From positions 16,241 to 80,240 of the forward strand of contig JBEKKV010000003.1 in NCBI GenBank assembly GCA_050010555.1: DNA of 64,000 bases, given 5' to 3'. Each line of letters begins with the position of its first letter. The first letter of the stretch is position 1. A model generated the notes under the pieces. The model was not told where the DNA came from and ran no database searches. It worked only from the letters and a program-made list of their open reading frames with translations. The position numbers and the translations under genes were made by a program. Below, piece after piece: positions 18,558 through 28,165 of the stretch. This DNA is from Dehalococcoidia bacterium (GTDB taxonomy: Bacteria > Chloroflexota > Dehalococcoidia > DSTF01 > JALHUB01).

Positions 18558-20075
18558 TCAGCGAGAGGCCGCTTTCGGGGAAGAGGCTTTGGCGAGGAAG
18601 ACACGGCGAGCGAGATCGAGCGCCTCTTCGCGCGTGGAGATTTCGCCCAGGGCGCGCGCTTCTTCGATGGCGGCGAGCAGGCGGCCGACGAGCGGGCCGG
18701 GAGCGATGTCGAGCTCGTTCATTACGTCTTCACCGGTGACGAGGCGCGCCGGCAGCGCAGGCGGTAGCTCCAGGTAGTAGCGCCCGAGAACGTAGCTCAC
18801 GAAGGCGACGTGCTTTCTCCAGGCCTGGAGGTGCAGGCGCGGGCCGCGTGCAGCCAGGTGGTCGGCGAGCGTGAGGAAGAGGACGTCGAGCGCGGCGTCG
18901 GCGGTGTCGCGGAAGAAGCGGTAGACGGCGCGCTGGGTGGGCGGGCCTTCGTTGCTCATCTGGCCGGGTCGCAGGTGGCTTTCAACGATTGTGGCGACGA
19001 GGCGCGTCTCGACATTGCTGAAGCGGAGGCGCTGTATCATCAACGCGGACTTCTCGGCGCCGAGGTCGACGTGGCCGAGGAAGCGGATGCGGCCGGTGCG
19101 GTCGGGCGCCTTCGTCTCCGGCTTGGCGATATCGTGGAGGAGGCCGGCCAGCTTGAGCAGCGTGGCCCGCGATCTTCCTTCGACAAGCTCTTCGCGAAAG
19201 TGCTCGCGAACGCCGGGCAGCCAGGCCAGTTGCTCCCAAAGCTCGCGCCAGAATGCGCTCTCGCGGCCGCCGGCGGGCTCCTTTTCGGCGAGCATGAAAT
19301 CGAGCGCGACGACCGTCTCGATAAGGTGGTCGAAGACGTCCCAGTGGTGCTCCTTCGGCTGGGTGACGCCGCGACAGGCCGTTACCTCGGGCAGCACTCG
19401 CTCCAGCAGGCCAAGGGCGTCGAGCAGACGGAGGGACGCGCCGGACTCGCGCGTGGCCATGATGCGGGCGATCTCGTCACGCTTGCGCTCCGGCGCGACG
19501 TGATCGAGGCACGCGGCGTCGCGACGGACGAGCGCCGCGGTGGTGTCGTCGAGAAAGAAGCCGATCTCGGCGCATAGCCGCACGGCACGCAGGAGGCGCA
19601 GGCCGTCGGCGCGGAAGACCCCGTCTCCCAGAACGCGGACGAGCCCCCGGTCGAGGTCATCGACGCCGCCGAAGGGGTCGATCAGCGGTTGCGGCGCGCG
19701 ACGGGACGCGGCAGCCAGCGGCAGGGCCAGGGCGTCGATGGTGAAGTCGCGGGTGGCCAGGTCGGATTCGATATCGCCGCGAAGTCGTGTTATGTCGAGG
19801 TAGCTGACGGCGGCGCCTTCGGGCAGGACCACGCGCATGATGCCACGCTCCTCGTCGAGGGGGAAGGCGCGGCCCCCGGTGGCTTCGGCTGAAAGCTGCG
19901 CCAGCAGGGCCGGCTCGCCGGCGAGGGCGATGTCGATGTCGCGGGCGGGGCGGTCGAGCAGGAGATCGCGGAGGTAGCCGCCGGCGACATAGCCGTCGGC
20001 ATCGTGGCGGAGCCAGACGCGTCGCAAATCGGCGAGGAGACGGCGAACGGGCGCGGGAAGTGATACGCGCGTCAT
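18558..20075 (-). CDS. cca: CCA-adding tRNA nucleotidyltransferase (polyA-polymerase head domain plus HD domain)
   Basis: 'GGYLRDLLLDRPARDIDIAL' nucleotidyltransferase motif and a C-terminal HD-domain region ('LLHDIAK'). Confidence 0.75.
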   Translation of the reverse strand: MTRVSLPAPVRRLLADLRRVWLRHDADGYVAGGYLRDLLLDRPARDIDIALAGEPALLAQLSAEATGGRAFPLDEERGIMRVVLPEGAAVSYLDITRLRGDIESDLATRDFTIDALALPLAAASRRAPQPLIDPFGGVDDLDRGLVRVLGDGVFRADGLRLLRAVRLCAEIGFFLDDTTAALVRRDAACLDHVAPERKRDEIARIMATRESGASLRLLDALGLLERVLPEVTACRGVTQPKEHHWDVFDHLIETVVALDFMLAEKEPAGGRESAFWRELWEQLAWLPGVREHFREELVEGRSRATLLKLAGLLHDIAKPETKAPDRTGRIRFLGHVDLGAEKSALMIQRLRFSNVETRLVATIVESHLRPGQMSNEGPPTQRAVYRFFRDTADAALDVLFLTLADHLAARGPRLHLQAWRKHVAFVSYVLGRYYLELPPALPARLVTGEDVMNELDIAPGPLVGRLLAAIEEARALGEISTREEALDLARRVFLAKASSPKAASR

Positions 20076-20096
20076 GATGCTTCCTGGGGGCCGGCG

Positions 20097-20597
20097 CTAC
20101 TCCTCGGCGACGGCGGCCTCTTCGCGGACTTCGATGCGCTTTAGCTGGTCGGGGCTGTCCAGGTAGTCGATGTAAAGGACGCCCTCCAGGTGGTCCATTT
20201 CATGCTCGAGGGCCTGGGCGAGAAGGTCGTCGCGGGCCTTGACTCGGAAAGGGCGGCCTTCGCGGTTGAGCGCCTTGACGGTGACGGCCTCGGAGCGCGT
20301 TATCTCGGCGGCGTAACCCGGCACGGAGAGACAGGCTTCTTCGAGGCGTCGCTCGCCGGAGCGCTTGACGAACTGGGGGTTGATGAGGACGATGACCTCT
20401 TCCTCCGGTATGCCGATTACGGCGATGCGCTCGGACCGGCCTACCTGGGGCGCTGCCAGGCCGACGCCGTGAGCGTCATGCATCGTCTCGACCATGTCGT
20501 CGATGAGGCGTTGGACGGAGGCGTCGATCTTGCGAACGGCGTGGGTCTTGTGCCGCAGGGCGGGGTCGCCGACGAGTCGGAGTGGCAGGACAGCCAA
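20097..20597 (-). CDS. def: Peptide deformylase
   Basis: 'GVGLAAPQVG', 'EACLSVPG' and 'HEMDHLEG' motifs. Started at the internal TTG (Leu55 of the listed ORF) preceded by AAGGAG, which gives a typical 166-aa Def. Confidence 0.8.
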   Translation of the reverse strand: MAVLPLRLVGDPALRHKTHAVRKIDASVQRLIDDMVETMHDAHGVGLAAPQVGRSERIAVIGIPEEEVIVLINPQFVKRSGERRLEEACLSVPGYAAEITRSEAVTVKALNREGRPFRVKARDDLLAQALEHEMDHLEGVLYIDYLDSPDQLKRIEVREEAAVAEE

Positions 20598-20693
20598 GGT
20601 TCGGAGCGCTCCTTGTTGATCTATACATCTATTGTAGCGGACTGTCGGAAGGACGAAAAGGAGCCGGAGCGTGAACCAGCAGCGGAGGAGGAT

Positions 20694-20786
20694 TTCGGCG
20701 CGACGAGTCCGCCAAAGGCGGAGAAGGAGCGCAACGAGAACGCGATCAGCGTACGACACAACGTCGCCACGAGCGATTCATGGAAG
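20694..20786 (+). repeat. Intergenic repeat element, copy B
   Basis: TTCGGCGCGACGAG + CCGCCaaaGGCGG hairpin + GAGCGCAACGAGAACGCGATCAGCG ... CATGGAAG. It lies between the rplS stop and the def start, on the strand opposite to both genes. Confidence 0.55.
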
Positions 20787-20811
20787 GGAACTAGTCGCGA
20801 GAAAGGGGAGA

Positions 20812-21165
20812 CTACTCGGGGCGGGCCGTCGTCTTCTCCTTGATGCGGGCGGCTTTTCCGGCCAGGCCGCGAAGATAGTACAGCCGGGCCCGTCGCACCT
20901 TGCCTCGCCGCGTGATCTCGATCTTCTCCAGGCGCGGCGAGTAGAGCATGAACGTGCGCTCGATGCCGACGCCGTGCGAGAGGCGGCGAACCGTGACGTT
21001 GGCGCTGGGTCCGCCACGTCGCGATCGGATCACGACGCCCTGGAAGACCTGCGTGCGTTCACGGTCCCCCTCGACGACTTTGGCGCTCACCCTCACGGTA
21101 TCGCCGATGCCGTAGGCGGCGATTTCCGGGTTCGTTTTCAGTTCGACTAGCGAGTTTGCATCCAA
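20812..21165 (-). CDS. rplS: 50S ribosomal protein L19
   Basis: '[15 protein letters not shown]...[12 protein letters not shown]...[15 protein letters not shown]...[14 protein letters not shown]' matches bL19. Start is TTG (Leu154 of the listed ORF) with GGAG 8 nt upstream. Confidence 0.85.
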   Translation of the reverse strand: MDANSLVELKTNPEIAAYGIGDTVRVSAKVVEGDRERTQVFQGVVIRSRRGGPSANVTVRRLSHGVGIERTFMLYSPRLEKIEITRRGKVRRARLYYLRGLAGKAARIKEKTTARPE

Positions 21166-21197
21166 GGCTTTGCTCCGTAGCCCATAGAGTAGCAGAA

Positions 21198-21935
21198 TCA
21201 GTCCTTTTCCGCCAGTGCTTCCGCTGCGAGGCGTTGCTCGGCTTGCGACAGGGCGACGCGCTCCAGCAGGTCGGGGCGGCGACGGCACGTGCGCAGGAGG
21301 CTCTGTTCGCGTCGCCACGCGGCGATCTGAGCGTGGTTGCCGGAGAGCAGCGGCTCCGGCACCGACCAGCCGCGAAACTCGGCGGGGCGCGTGTACTGCG
21401 GGTACTCCAGCAACCCCTGCGCGTGCGACTCCTCGGCCAGCGAGTCCTCCGAGCCGAGAACGCCTGGTAGGCGGCGCACCACGACGTCGATGAGCACCAT
21501 CGCCGGCAGCTCGCCGCCGGAGAGCACGTAGTCGCCGATGCTGATCTCGTCGTCGACCAGGTACTCGCGCACGCGCTCGTCCACTCCCTCGTAGTGACCA
21601 CAGACGAGGATGAGGCGCTCGCACGCCGACAACTCATCGCCGACCGCCTGCGTGAGGAGGCGGCCCTGTGGCGTCAGCAAGACGACCCGCGCCTTCCTTT
21701 CGTCCATGGCGGCCACGGCTTCGACGGCGTCAAACAGCGGCTCCGGCTTCATGACCATGCCAGGCCCGCCGCCGTACGGATAATCGTCTACGATATGATG
21801 CTTGTCTTTGCTGTAGTCGCGGATGTTGTGCAGGACGATTTCCACCCGGCCGCTTTCGACTGCCCGGCCGAGGATGCTGGCCTGCAGCGGGCCGCTGAAC
21901 ATTTCCGGAAAGAGGGTGAGGACGTCGATGCGCAT
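21198..21935 (-). CDS. trmD: tRNA (guanine37-N1)-methyltransferase
   Basis: SPOUT-fold motifs '[14 protein letters not shown]', 'LTPQG' and '[11 protein letters not shown]'. 245 aa. Confidence 0.9.
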   Translation of the reverse strand: MRIDVLTLFPEMFSGPLQASILGRAVESGRVEIVLHNIRDYSKDKHHIVDDYPYGGGPGMVMKPEPLFDAVEAVAAMDERKARVVLLTPQGRLLTQAVGDELSACERLILVCGHYEGVDERVREYLVDDEISIGDYVLSGGELPAMVLIDVVVRRLPGVLGSEDSLAEESHAQGLLEYPQYTRPAEFRGWSVPEPLLSGNHAQIAAWRREQSLLRTCRRRPDLLERVALSQAEQRLAAEALAEKD

Positions 21936-22086
21936 TGCTACTCCGGGTGGTCCTCGCTACGGCCGCGGGCGGTGCGCACGGCGCGCTCCAGGATGGCCGT
22001 CATAATTCGAATCCGGCTCATGATAGCACAGGCTCCGAGAATCTGAAAGCTACGTTACTTCCTCAAAAACAGGGGGAAATGCCCCC

Positions 22087-22114
22087 TTGACATGAAAAGG
22101 GTTTGTGGTAGCAT
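22087..22114 (+). promoter_or_regulatory. Candidate sigma70 promoter of the dcw operon (TTGACA, 16-nt spacer, TAGCAT)
   Basis: Perfect -35 hexamer. The -10 overlaps the first MraZ repeat. Confidence 0.45.
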
Positions 22115-22149
22115 GTGGGGAAGTGTGGGAAGAAGTGGCAGGGAATGGC
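22104..22149 (+). promoter_or_regulatory. MraZ operator: five direct (T/A)(G/A)TGG(N) repeats at exact 10-bp phasing
   Basis: TGTGG, TGTGGG, TGTGGG, AGTGGC and AATGGC start at 22104, 22114, 22124, 22134 and 22144. This matches the known MraZ binding-site architecture of GTGGG-type direct repeats at 10-bp periodicity over the promoter. Confidence 0.6.
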
Positions 22150-22186
22150 ACGCTTGCCTCGCTGGCCCACCAGTCTGGGCGGGAAA

Positions 22187-22618
22187 ATGGTATTTCGCGG
22201 GACTTTCAAGTACAGCTTGGACAATCGGGGAAGGATCCCCCTTCCCGCCCGCTTCCGCGCGTCCTTCGGCAACGGCGTCGTGCTCGTAGAGAACCGGGAG
22301 GGATGCGTCCAGGTCTACAGCGCCGATGCCTACGAGAAGGAGGCGGAATTCCTCCTGAACCAGCCGCCGAACCGCCGGAAAGTGCGTCTGCTGCGGCGGG
22401 GGTTCTTCGCCAACTCCTTCGATGCGGACATAGACGGACAGGGCCGCATCCTGTTGCCACCACACCTGCGTCAGCATGGCGACCTCAACGGACAGGTGGT
22501 GGTCGTGGGCTGCGGCGGATACCTGGAGATCTGGAGTCCGCAGCGCTGGGCCGCCCAGCAACAGGAGATAGACGCCCGGTACGACGCTGACCTGGAGTCG
22601 ATGGAAGAGCGGCCATGA
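22187..22618 (+). CDS. mraZ: Transcriptional regulator MraZ
   Basis: 'MVFRGTFKYSLDNRGRIPLPARFR' and a second SpoVT/AbrB-like half ('GQGRILLPPHLR'). Start is Met25 of the listed ORF. Confidence 0.85.
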   Translation: MVFRGTFKYSLDNRGRIPLPARFRASFGNGVVLVENREGCVQVYSADAYEKEAEFLLNQPPNRRKVRLLRRGFFANSFDADIDGQGRILLPPHLRQHGDLNGQVVVVGCGGYLEIWSPQRWAAQQQEIDARYDADLESMEERP

Positions 22619-23547
22619 CGGTAGTGATGATGACAGCAATCCATATTCCGGTAATGGTGCGAGAGGTCCTCGACGGACTGGCAGTGCGGCCCGGCGCCAA
22701 CTACGTCGACGGGACGGTAAGTGAGGGCGGCCACGCCGAGGCCATCCTGGAAGCGGGCGGCCGGCTTCTCGGCATCGACCGCGATCCGGGTGCGTTGGCA
22801 GTCGCGTCGGAGCGATTGAGCCCTTACGGCGACCGCGTGGCGCTGGTTGAAGGGAACTACGTGGAGATGGCGGCCATATGCCGTCGCCACGGATTCGCAC
22901 CCGTCGATGGGATTCTGCTGGACCTCGGCGTCTCGTCCTTCCAACTGGAACACGGACGGCGCGGCTTCAGTTTCAATCGCGAGGGGCCGCTGGACATGCG
23001 TTTCAGCCCCACACACACGCTCACCGCGGACGACATCGTCAACGGGTACCGGGAGGAAGACCTGGCGGACCTGATCTGGCGTTTCGGAGAGGAACGCCGC
23101 AGCCGCCGCATCGCCCGCTGCATCGTTCAGCAGCGACCGATCCTCACCACGACTCAGTTGGCCCGAGCCGTCGAGCAGGCCGTGGGCAAGAGGGGTCAAA
23201 GCGTTACCCACCCCGCCACCAGAACGTTCTTAGCCCTTCGTATTGCGGTAAACCAAGAGCTAGCCCACCTAGCTGCCGCGCTTGAAGAAGCCCACGGTCT
23301 GCTCGACGGCTCCGGCTCCCGGCTCGCGGTCATCTCCTACCATTCGTTGGAGGACCGCATTGTCAAGGAGTTCATGCGGAGAGAGGCAAGCGATTGCATC
23401 TGTCCGCCGGAAACTCCCACCTGCACCTGCGATCATCGGGCGACAATTCGCCTCGTGACCCGAAAGCCGCTTCGGCCTTCGGACCTGGAGGTGCTGATTA
23501 ACCCGCGCTCTCGCAGCGCCCGATTGCGAGTCGCGGAAAAGCTGTAG
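22615..23547 (+). CDS. rsmH: 16S rRNA (cytosine1402-N4)-methyltransferase
   Basis: 'HIPVMVREVLDGL', 'GGHAEAIL' and 'DLGVSSFQL'. ATGA overlap with mraZ. Confidence 0.9.
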   Translation: MTVVMMTAIHIPVMVREVLDGLAVRPGANYVDGTVSEGGHAEAILEAGGRLLGIDRDPGALAVASERLSPYGDRVALVEGNYVEMAAICRRHGFAPVDGILLDLGVSSFQLEHGRRGFSFNREGPLDMRFSPTHTLTADDIVNGYREEDLADLIWRFGEERRSRRIARCIVQQRPILTTTQLARAVEQAVGKRGQSVTHPATRTFLALRIAVNQELAHLAAALEEAHGLLDGSGSRLAVISYHSLEDRIVKEFMRREASDCICPPETPTCTCDHRATIRLVTRKPLRPSDLEVLINPRSRSARLRVAEKL

Positions 23548-23581
23548 CCAAGGATACTCCGCATAGACAGGTCTGGCAAGC

Positions 23582-24019
23582 ATGTCCGCACTCGACCGGC
23601 TTATAGCGCGACCACTGCCAAGGCCGCTTCCCCGGATAACGGGCGTTCGGCCGGCGCTGCTCATCGCTTTCCTGGTCGTTGCTTCCGTGGGACTCCTGCA
23701 GGTCTTCCAGATAAGCAACGCGACGACCAACGATTATACCCTGCAGCAACTGGAGCAGGAGCAATTCGATAAGCAGGCGGAGGTGCACCAGTTGGAGGCG
23801 GAAGTGTCGCTGCTGACGTCGATCGATCGAATCGATCAGGAGGCGCGCGGACGGCTGGGCATGGTGCCGGCGACATCAACAATGACACTTGAGGTGCACA
23901 AGCAGCCGCCGGCGGAGCAACTGGTGCCGCTGCGGTTCATCACAACGAGCAGTACGGCGAAAGTCGAGTCGCGTTCCTGGTGGCAGAAGCTTCTCGGAAT
24001 GGTGCCCCTCGCGGGTTAG
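23582..24019 (+). CDS. ftsL: Cell division protein FtsL/DivIC-like
   Basis: Small bitopic protein with a TM helix and a coiled-coil region. It occupies the ftsL position between rsmH and ftsI. Confidence 0.6.
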   Translation: MSALDRLIARPLPRPLPRITGVRPALLIAFLVVASVGLLQVFQISNATTNDYTLQQLEQEQFDKQAEVHQLEAEVSLLTSIDRIDQEARGRLGMVPATSTMTLEVHKQPPAEQLVPLRFITTSSTAKVESRSWWQKLLGMVPLAG

Positions 24020-24081
24020 ACGGAACGGCCTCTGCCTCGGCTCGGTGGGTCAGAGGACGAAATCGATAGCTGGAGCCTGAC

Positions 24082-25812
24082 ATGCCAGAACGAATGGCGC
24101 GGGTCTCCTGGCGACTCCTCCTGTTGGGGGCGATTTTCTGCGCCCTCAGCGTTTTCGTCGTCGGCCGCCTCGCGCAGCTTCAGATACTCAGCCACGGCCA
24201 TTACGCGGCGGAGGCGGAAAACGAGCACCAGGGCACCGACACGGTGCTTCCTCCTCGCGGCGCCATCCTGGACAGGGACGGCTATCCTCTTGCGCTCACC
24301 CTGGACACATATGACATCTACATAAGTCGTCAAGTATGGCAAGATAAGCAGGTGGCGGCGAACGGCACGCAGGCGCTGGCTTCCGTGCTGGGCAAGACGC
24401 CGGAGGACATACAGTCGGCGTTGGGGTCGGACACTGAGGGCGACGCGCTCATCGCCGCCGGCGTCAGCTACGACGTGGGAAAGAAGATCATCGATATGGG
24501 CCTGCCCGGCGTTAAGGCAACGGCGGGGATCCAGCGCTTCCATCCGGAAGGCGACCTGGCATCTGCCTTGCTCGGCTTCGTCGGAAAGGACGAGACGGGG
24601 CTTAGCGGCCTGGAGGCTGACCTTCAGGACGAGCTTGGCGGGCAGCCCGGCACGGTCTACTACGAACGCGACAGCATGGGCAATCCGATCCCGTTTGGCT
24701 ACACCCAGATTACGAAGTCGGAGCCGGCGTCGGACGTACGGCTGACTATCGACCGCTTCATCCAGCAGGCGGCGGAGCAATCGCTGGATGAGGCGATCCA
24801 GACGAACGACGCGTCGGGCGGGACGATTATCGTCATGGACCCGAAGACGGGCGCGATCATGGCTATGGCAAGCCGCCCCAGCTTCAAGCTGAGCCAGCTC
24901 GACCTGTCGAATGATAGCCAGGAGGACCTGTACCGCGACCGCGCCGTCACGGACCTCTACGAGCCGGGCTCCGTCATGAAGCTTGTAACAATGTCGGCGG
25001 CGGTCGACCTGGGGCTGGTCACGCCAGACACGACCTACGACGACACCGGCACGGCTTACGTCGGCGGCTACGCCATCCAGAACTGGGACTTCTCGGTCAA
25101 CGGCACGACGACGATGACGCAGGTGCTACAGAAAAGCCTCAACACCGGCGCCGTCTGGGTCAGCCAGCTCCTTGGGCCGGACAATTTCTACCAATACATC
25201 AAGCGGTTCGGCTTCGGCGAGCCAACGGGCGTCGGCCTGAGCGGCGAAGCGGCGGGCCAGGTGCGCGACAGCGAGTCGCCGGACTGGACCCCTTCTGACC
25301 TGGCGACGAACTCTTTCGGCCAGGGCATAAACGTCACACCGCTGCAGATGATAACGGCGGTCGCGGCGATCGCCAACGGCGGCATGCTCATGAAGCCGTA
25401 CATCGTCCAGCAAGTCGTCGGGCCGAATGGCACCAAGACGACACAGCCACAGCCGGTGCGGCAGGCTATCTCCGAGCAGACGGCCAGCACGCTGACGACG
25501 ATGATGAACGCCGTGGTGGAGGGCGTGCCCGGGAACCTGGCGAGGATTCAGGGTTATCACGTAGCGGGGAAGACCGGAACCGCTTATATTTCGGTGCCCG
25601 GCGGGTACGCGCCCGACAGGGTTATCACCTCCTTCATCGGCTTCGCCCCGGTGAGCGATCCACGGATGATCGTTCTGGTGAAGATCGATGAGCCGCAGGA
25701 AGCGCAACTTGGGGGCACTGTGGCAGCCCCGGTCTTCGCTGAACTGGCCCCGAAAATCCTCAGCTATCTCGGCGTTCCGCCCGATGCAGACGCGTCGGTG
25801 CAGGGCCAGTAG
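24082..25812 (+). CDS. ftsI: Peptidoglycan D,D-transpeptidase FtsI (class B PBP)
   Basis: PBP dimerisation domain plus transpeptidase motifs 'SVMK' (SxxK), 'SFN' region and 'KTGT'. Confidence 0.85.
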   Translation: MPERMARVSWRLLLLGAIFCALSVFVVGRLAQLQILSHGHYAAEAENEHQGTDTVLPPRGAILDRDGYPLALTLDTYDIYISRQVWQDKQVAANGTQALASVLGKTPEDIQSALGSDTEGDALIAAGVSYDVGKKIIDMGLPGVKATAGIQRFHPEGDLASALLGFVGKDETGLSGLEADLQDELGGQPGTVYYERDSMGNPIPFGYTQITKSEPASDVRLTIDRFIQQAAEQSLDEAIQTNDASGGTIIVMDPKTGAIMAMASRPSFKLSQLDLSNDSQEDLYRDRAVTDLYEPGSVMKLVTMSAAVDLGLVTPDTTYDDTGTAYVGGYAIQNWDFSVNGTTTMTQVLQKSLNTGAVWVSQLLGPDNFYQYIKRFGFGEPTGVGLSGEAAGQVRDSESPDWTPSDLATNSFGQGINVTPLQMITAVAAIANGGMLMKPYIVQQVVGPNGTKTTQPQPVRQAISEQTASTLTTMMNAVVEGVPGNLARIQGYHVAGKTGTAYISVPGGYAPDRVITSFIGFAPVSDPRMIVLVKIDEPQEAQLGGTVAAPVFAELAPKILSYLGVPPDADASVQGQ

Positions 25813-25826
25813 CCGTTGCATTTGCC

Positions 25827-27188
25827 ATGATCCGAGCAAGCGAGATTCGCAGCAGTCTTGGCTCCCTTCTACTGGACACAGTAGGAGCGCCGCCGCCTGC
25901 CTTGCGACACGCCGTTGTCGACTCGCGTGAGGTGAGGCGTGGCGACCTGTTCGTCGCGCTGCCGGGCGAGCATCGGGACGGGCATGACTTCGTCGCCGAC
26001 GCGCTCGACCGCGGCGCGGCGGGCGTTCTGGTGCGGCGGGCGCCCCAGGCTCTCCCCGAGGATGCCGTCGCCTACGTGGTCGAGGACTGCCTGAGGGCGC
26101 TGCAATTGATAGCTGCGGGACATCGGGCAGCGCAGCCGGCCAAGGTGATAGCTGTCACGGGAAGCGTCGGAAAGACGACCACGAAAGAGATCGCGGCGTT
26201 CGTCTTGGGCCGGCGATACCGGCTGCTCAAGAATGAGGCGAACTATAACAACGAGATCGGCCTGCCGCTTACGTTGCTGAGGCTGACCCCTCGGCACGAC
26301 CGGGCGGTGCTGGAGATGGGGATGTACGCGCCCGGGGAGATCCGCCTCCTCTGCGAGCTGGCACGGCCGGAGATCGGCGTGGTCACAAACGTCGGGCCGG
26401 TGCACCTGGAGCGGCTGGGCAACATAGAAGCGATAGCAGCGGCGAAGGCAGAGCTTGTGGAAGCGCTGCCGTCGAACGGCTTCGCGGTGCTGAACGGCGA
26501 CGACCGACGCGTGCGGGCGATGGCCAAGAAGACGAAGGCGCGGGCCGTCCATTTCGGCACTTCGGACGGCTGCGAGGTGCGAGGAAGCGATCTGGAGAGC
26601 AAAGGGCTGGAGGGAATTTCCTTCACGCTTGAGTTTGGCGGCGAGCGTCTGCGCGTGCGGACGAGGCTTCCCGGCCGGCATCTGCTGTCGAATGCGCTGG
26701 GCGCTGCGGCAGTGGCGCTGGTGGACGGGATGAGTTTGGGCGAGGTGGCACAGGCGCTCGCCGCCGCTCGCGTGCCACTGCGACTGCACGTTTACCGCGG
26801 CCGTAACGACTCGACGATCCTCGACGACACGTACAACGCCAGCCCGGCCTCAATGATGGCGGCGCTGGAGCTGCTGGCGGACCTTCCGGGACGGCGGATA
26901 GCGGTCCTGGGGGACATGCGGGAGCTGGGCACGGAGGAGCAGGAAGGACACCGGCTCGTCGGGCGCGAGGCGGCTCGCGTGGCGCAAGTCATCTATGCCG
27001 TCGGCGATCTGGGACATCTCATCGGCGAGGAGGCGAAGCGGGCGGGACATCCGGCGGTGAGCCTGTGGCCGTCGAAGGAGGAGGCGGCCCGGCGGCTGGC
27101 GTCAGAATTGCGCGTCGGCGACGTCGTGCTGCTGAAAGCGTCGCGGGCGATGGCACTGGAGACGATCCTGCCGGAGTTGAAGGACTGA
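25827..27188 (+). CDS. murF: UDP-N-acetylmuramoyl-tripeptide--D-alanyl-D-alanine ligase
   Basis: 'AVVDSREVRRGDLFVALPGE', P-loop 'VTGSVGKTTTKE' and C-terminal 'DDTYNASPASMMAAL...VLGDMRELG'. There is no DNPR motif, so this is MurF and not MurE. Confidence 0.85.
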   Translation: MIRASEIRSSLGSLLLDTVGAPPPALRHAVVDSREVRRGDLFVALPGEHRDGHDFVADALDRGAAGVLVRRAPQALPEDAVAYVVEDCLRALQLIAAGHRAAQPAKVIAVTGSVGKTTTKEIAAFVLGRRYRLLKNEANYNNEIGLPLTLLRLTPRHDRAVLEMGMYAPGEIRLLCELARPEIGVVTNVGPVHLERLGNIEAIAAAKAELVEALPSNGFAVLNGDDRRVRAMAKKTKARAVHFGTSDGCEVRGSDLESKGLEGISFTLEFGGERLRVRTRLPGRHLLSNALGAAAVALVDGMSLGEVAQALAAARVPLRLHVYRGRNDSTILDDTYNASPASMMAALELLADLPGRRIAVLGDMRELGTEEQEGHRLVGREAARVAQVIYAVGDLGHLIGEEAKRAGHPAVSLWPSKEEAARRLASELRVGDVVLLKASRAMALETILPELKD

Positions 27189-27189
27189 C

Positions 27190-28155
27190 ATGGTCTACGC
27201 ACTGTTCGTCGGGACGGCCGCCTTCCTGGTGTCGATCATCTCCGGGCACTGGGTTGTCAACTTTCTGCGGGCGCGCGGGCTGGGCAAGCAGATATCGCCG
27301 GACGCGCCGGCGTCGCACGCGGTCAAGGCCGGCACGCCGACGATGGGGGGCGTCCTCATCTTCGGCACGGTCTTCCTGGTCACGGCGCCGACGAACCTGT
27401 TCGACAAGCGTTCGATCTTCCTGCCCCTGGGCATCATCGTCGCTACGGGCAGCCTGGGACTGATCGACGACTTCTTGACGATTGAAGGCCGGGCGATGGG
27501 ACGGAGCGGGCTGAACAAGCGTCTGAAATCGGGGCTGCTGCTCGGACTTGGCCTTGCGGCGGCGCTGATCCTCTACTTCGGCCTGGAGGCGCGGAGCATC
27601 AACGTGCCCTGGGCCGGCAAGCACGAAATCGGGTTGCTGTACATCCCGGTCGCGATGGCAGTCTTCATAGGAACGACGAGCGCTGTCGCCGTGACGGACG
27701 GGCTGGACGCGCTGGCCGGCGGCACCACGGCCGTCGCATTCACGGTCTTCGGGGTGATCGCCTTCCTCCAGGGGCAGACGTTCCTGGCGACGTTCTGCTT
27801 GACCGTCGTCGGCGCGACGCTGGGCTTCGTCTGGTACAACGCGCATCCAGCGCGCGTCTTCATGGGTGACACCGGCGCGCTGGCGCTGGGGTCGACGCTG
27901 GCGGTGGTGGCGCTGATGACCGGCTGGTGGCTGGTGCTGCCGGTTGTCGGGATCGTCTTCGTCATGGAAGGCCTGTCGACCGTCATCCAGATCGTCTACT
28001 TCAAGCTCAGCGGCGGCCGGCGGATCTTCAAAATGACGCCGCTGCACCATCATTTCGAGCTGATGGGGTGGTCGGAGCCACAAATTGTCACAAGATTCTG
28101 GTTAATTGGCATGGCCGGAGGCCTTTTGGGTATAGCGCTAGCCTTGACGGATTAG
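27190..28155 (+). CDS. mraY: Phospho-N-acetylmuramoyl-pentapeptide transferase
   Basis: 10-TM protein. 'KAGTPTMGG', 'DDFL' and 'NAHPARVFMGDTGALALG' motifs. Confidence 0.9.
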   Translation: MVYALFVGTAAFLVSIISGHWVVNFLRARGLGKQISPDAPASHAVKAGTPTMGGVLIFGTVFLVTAPTNLFDKRSIFLPLGIIVATGSLGLIDDFLTIEGRAMGRSGLNKRLKSGLLLGLGLAAALILYFGLEARSINVPWAGKHEIGLLYIPVAMAVFIGTTSAVAVTDGLDALAGGTTAVAFTVFGVIAFLQGQTFLATFCLTVVGATLGFVWYNAHPARVFMGDTGALALGSTLAVVALMTGWWLVLPVVGIVFVMEGLSTVIQIVYFKLSGGRRIFKMTPLHHHFELMGWSEPQIVTRFWLIGMAGGLLGIALALTD

Positions 28156-28165
28156 CTAAAATGCT

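Noticed and set aside
20190-20843. 217-aa plus-strand ORF antisense to def that contains repeat copy B in frame
   Set aside because: The apparent peptide similarity between copies A, B and C (ERNKNAIS) is not frame-consistent across copies, and the differences are not synonymous-biased. The conservation is at nucleotide level.
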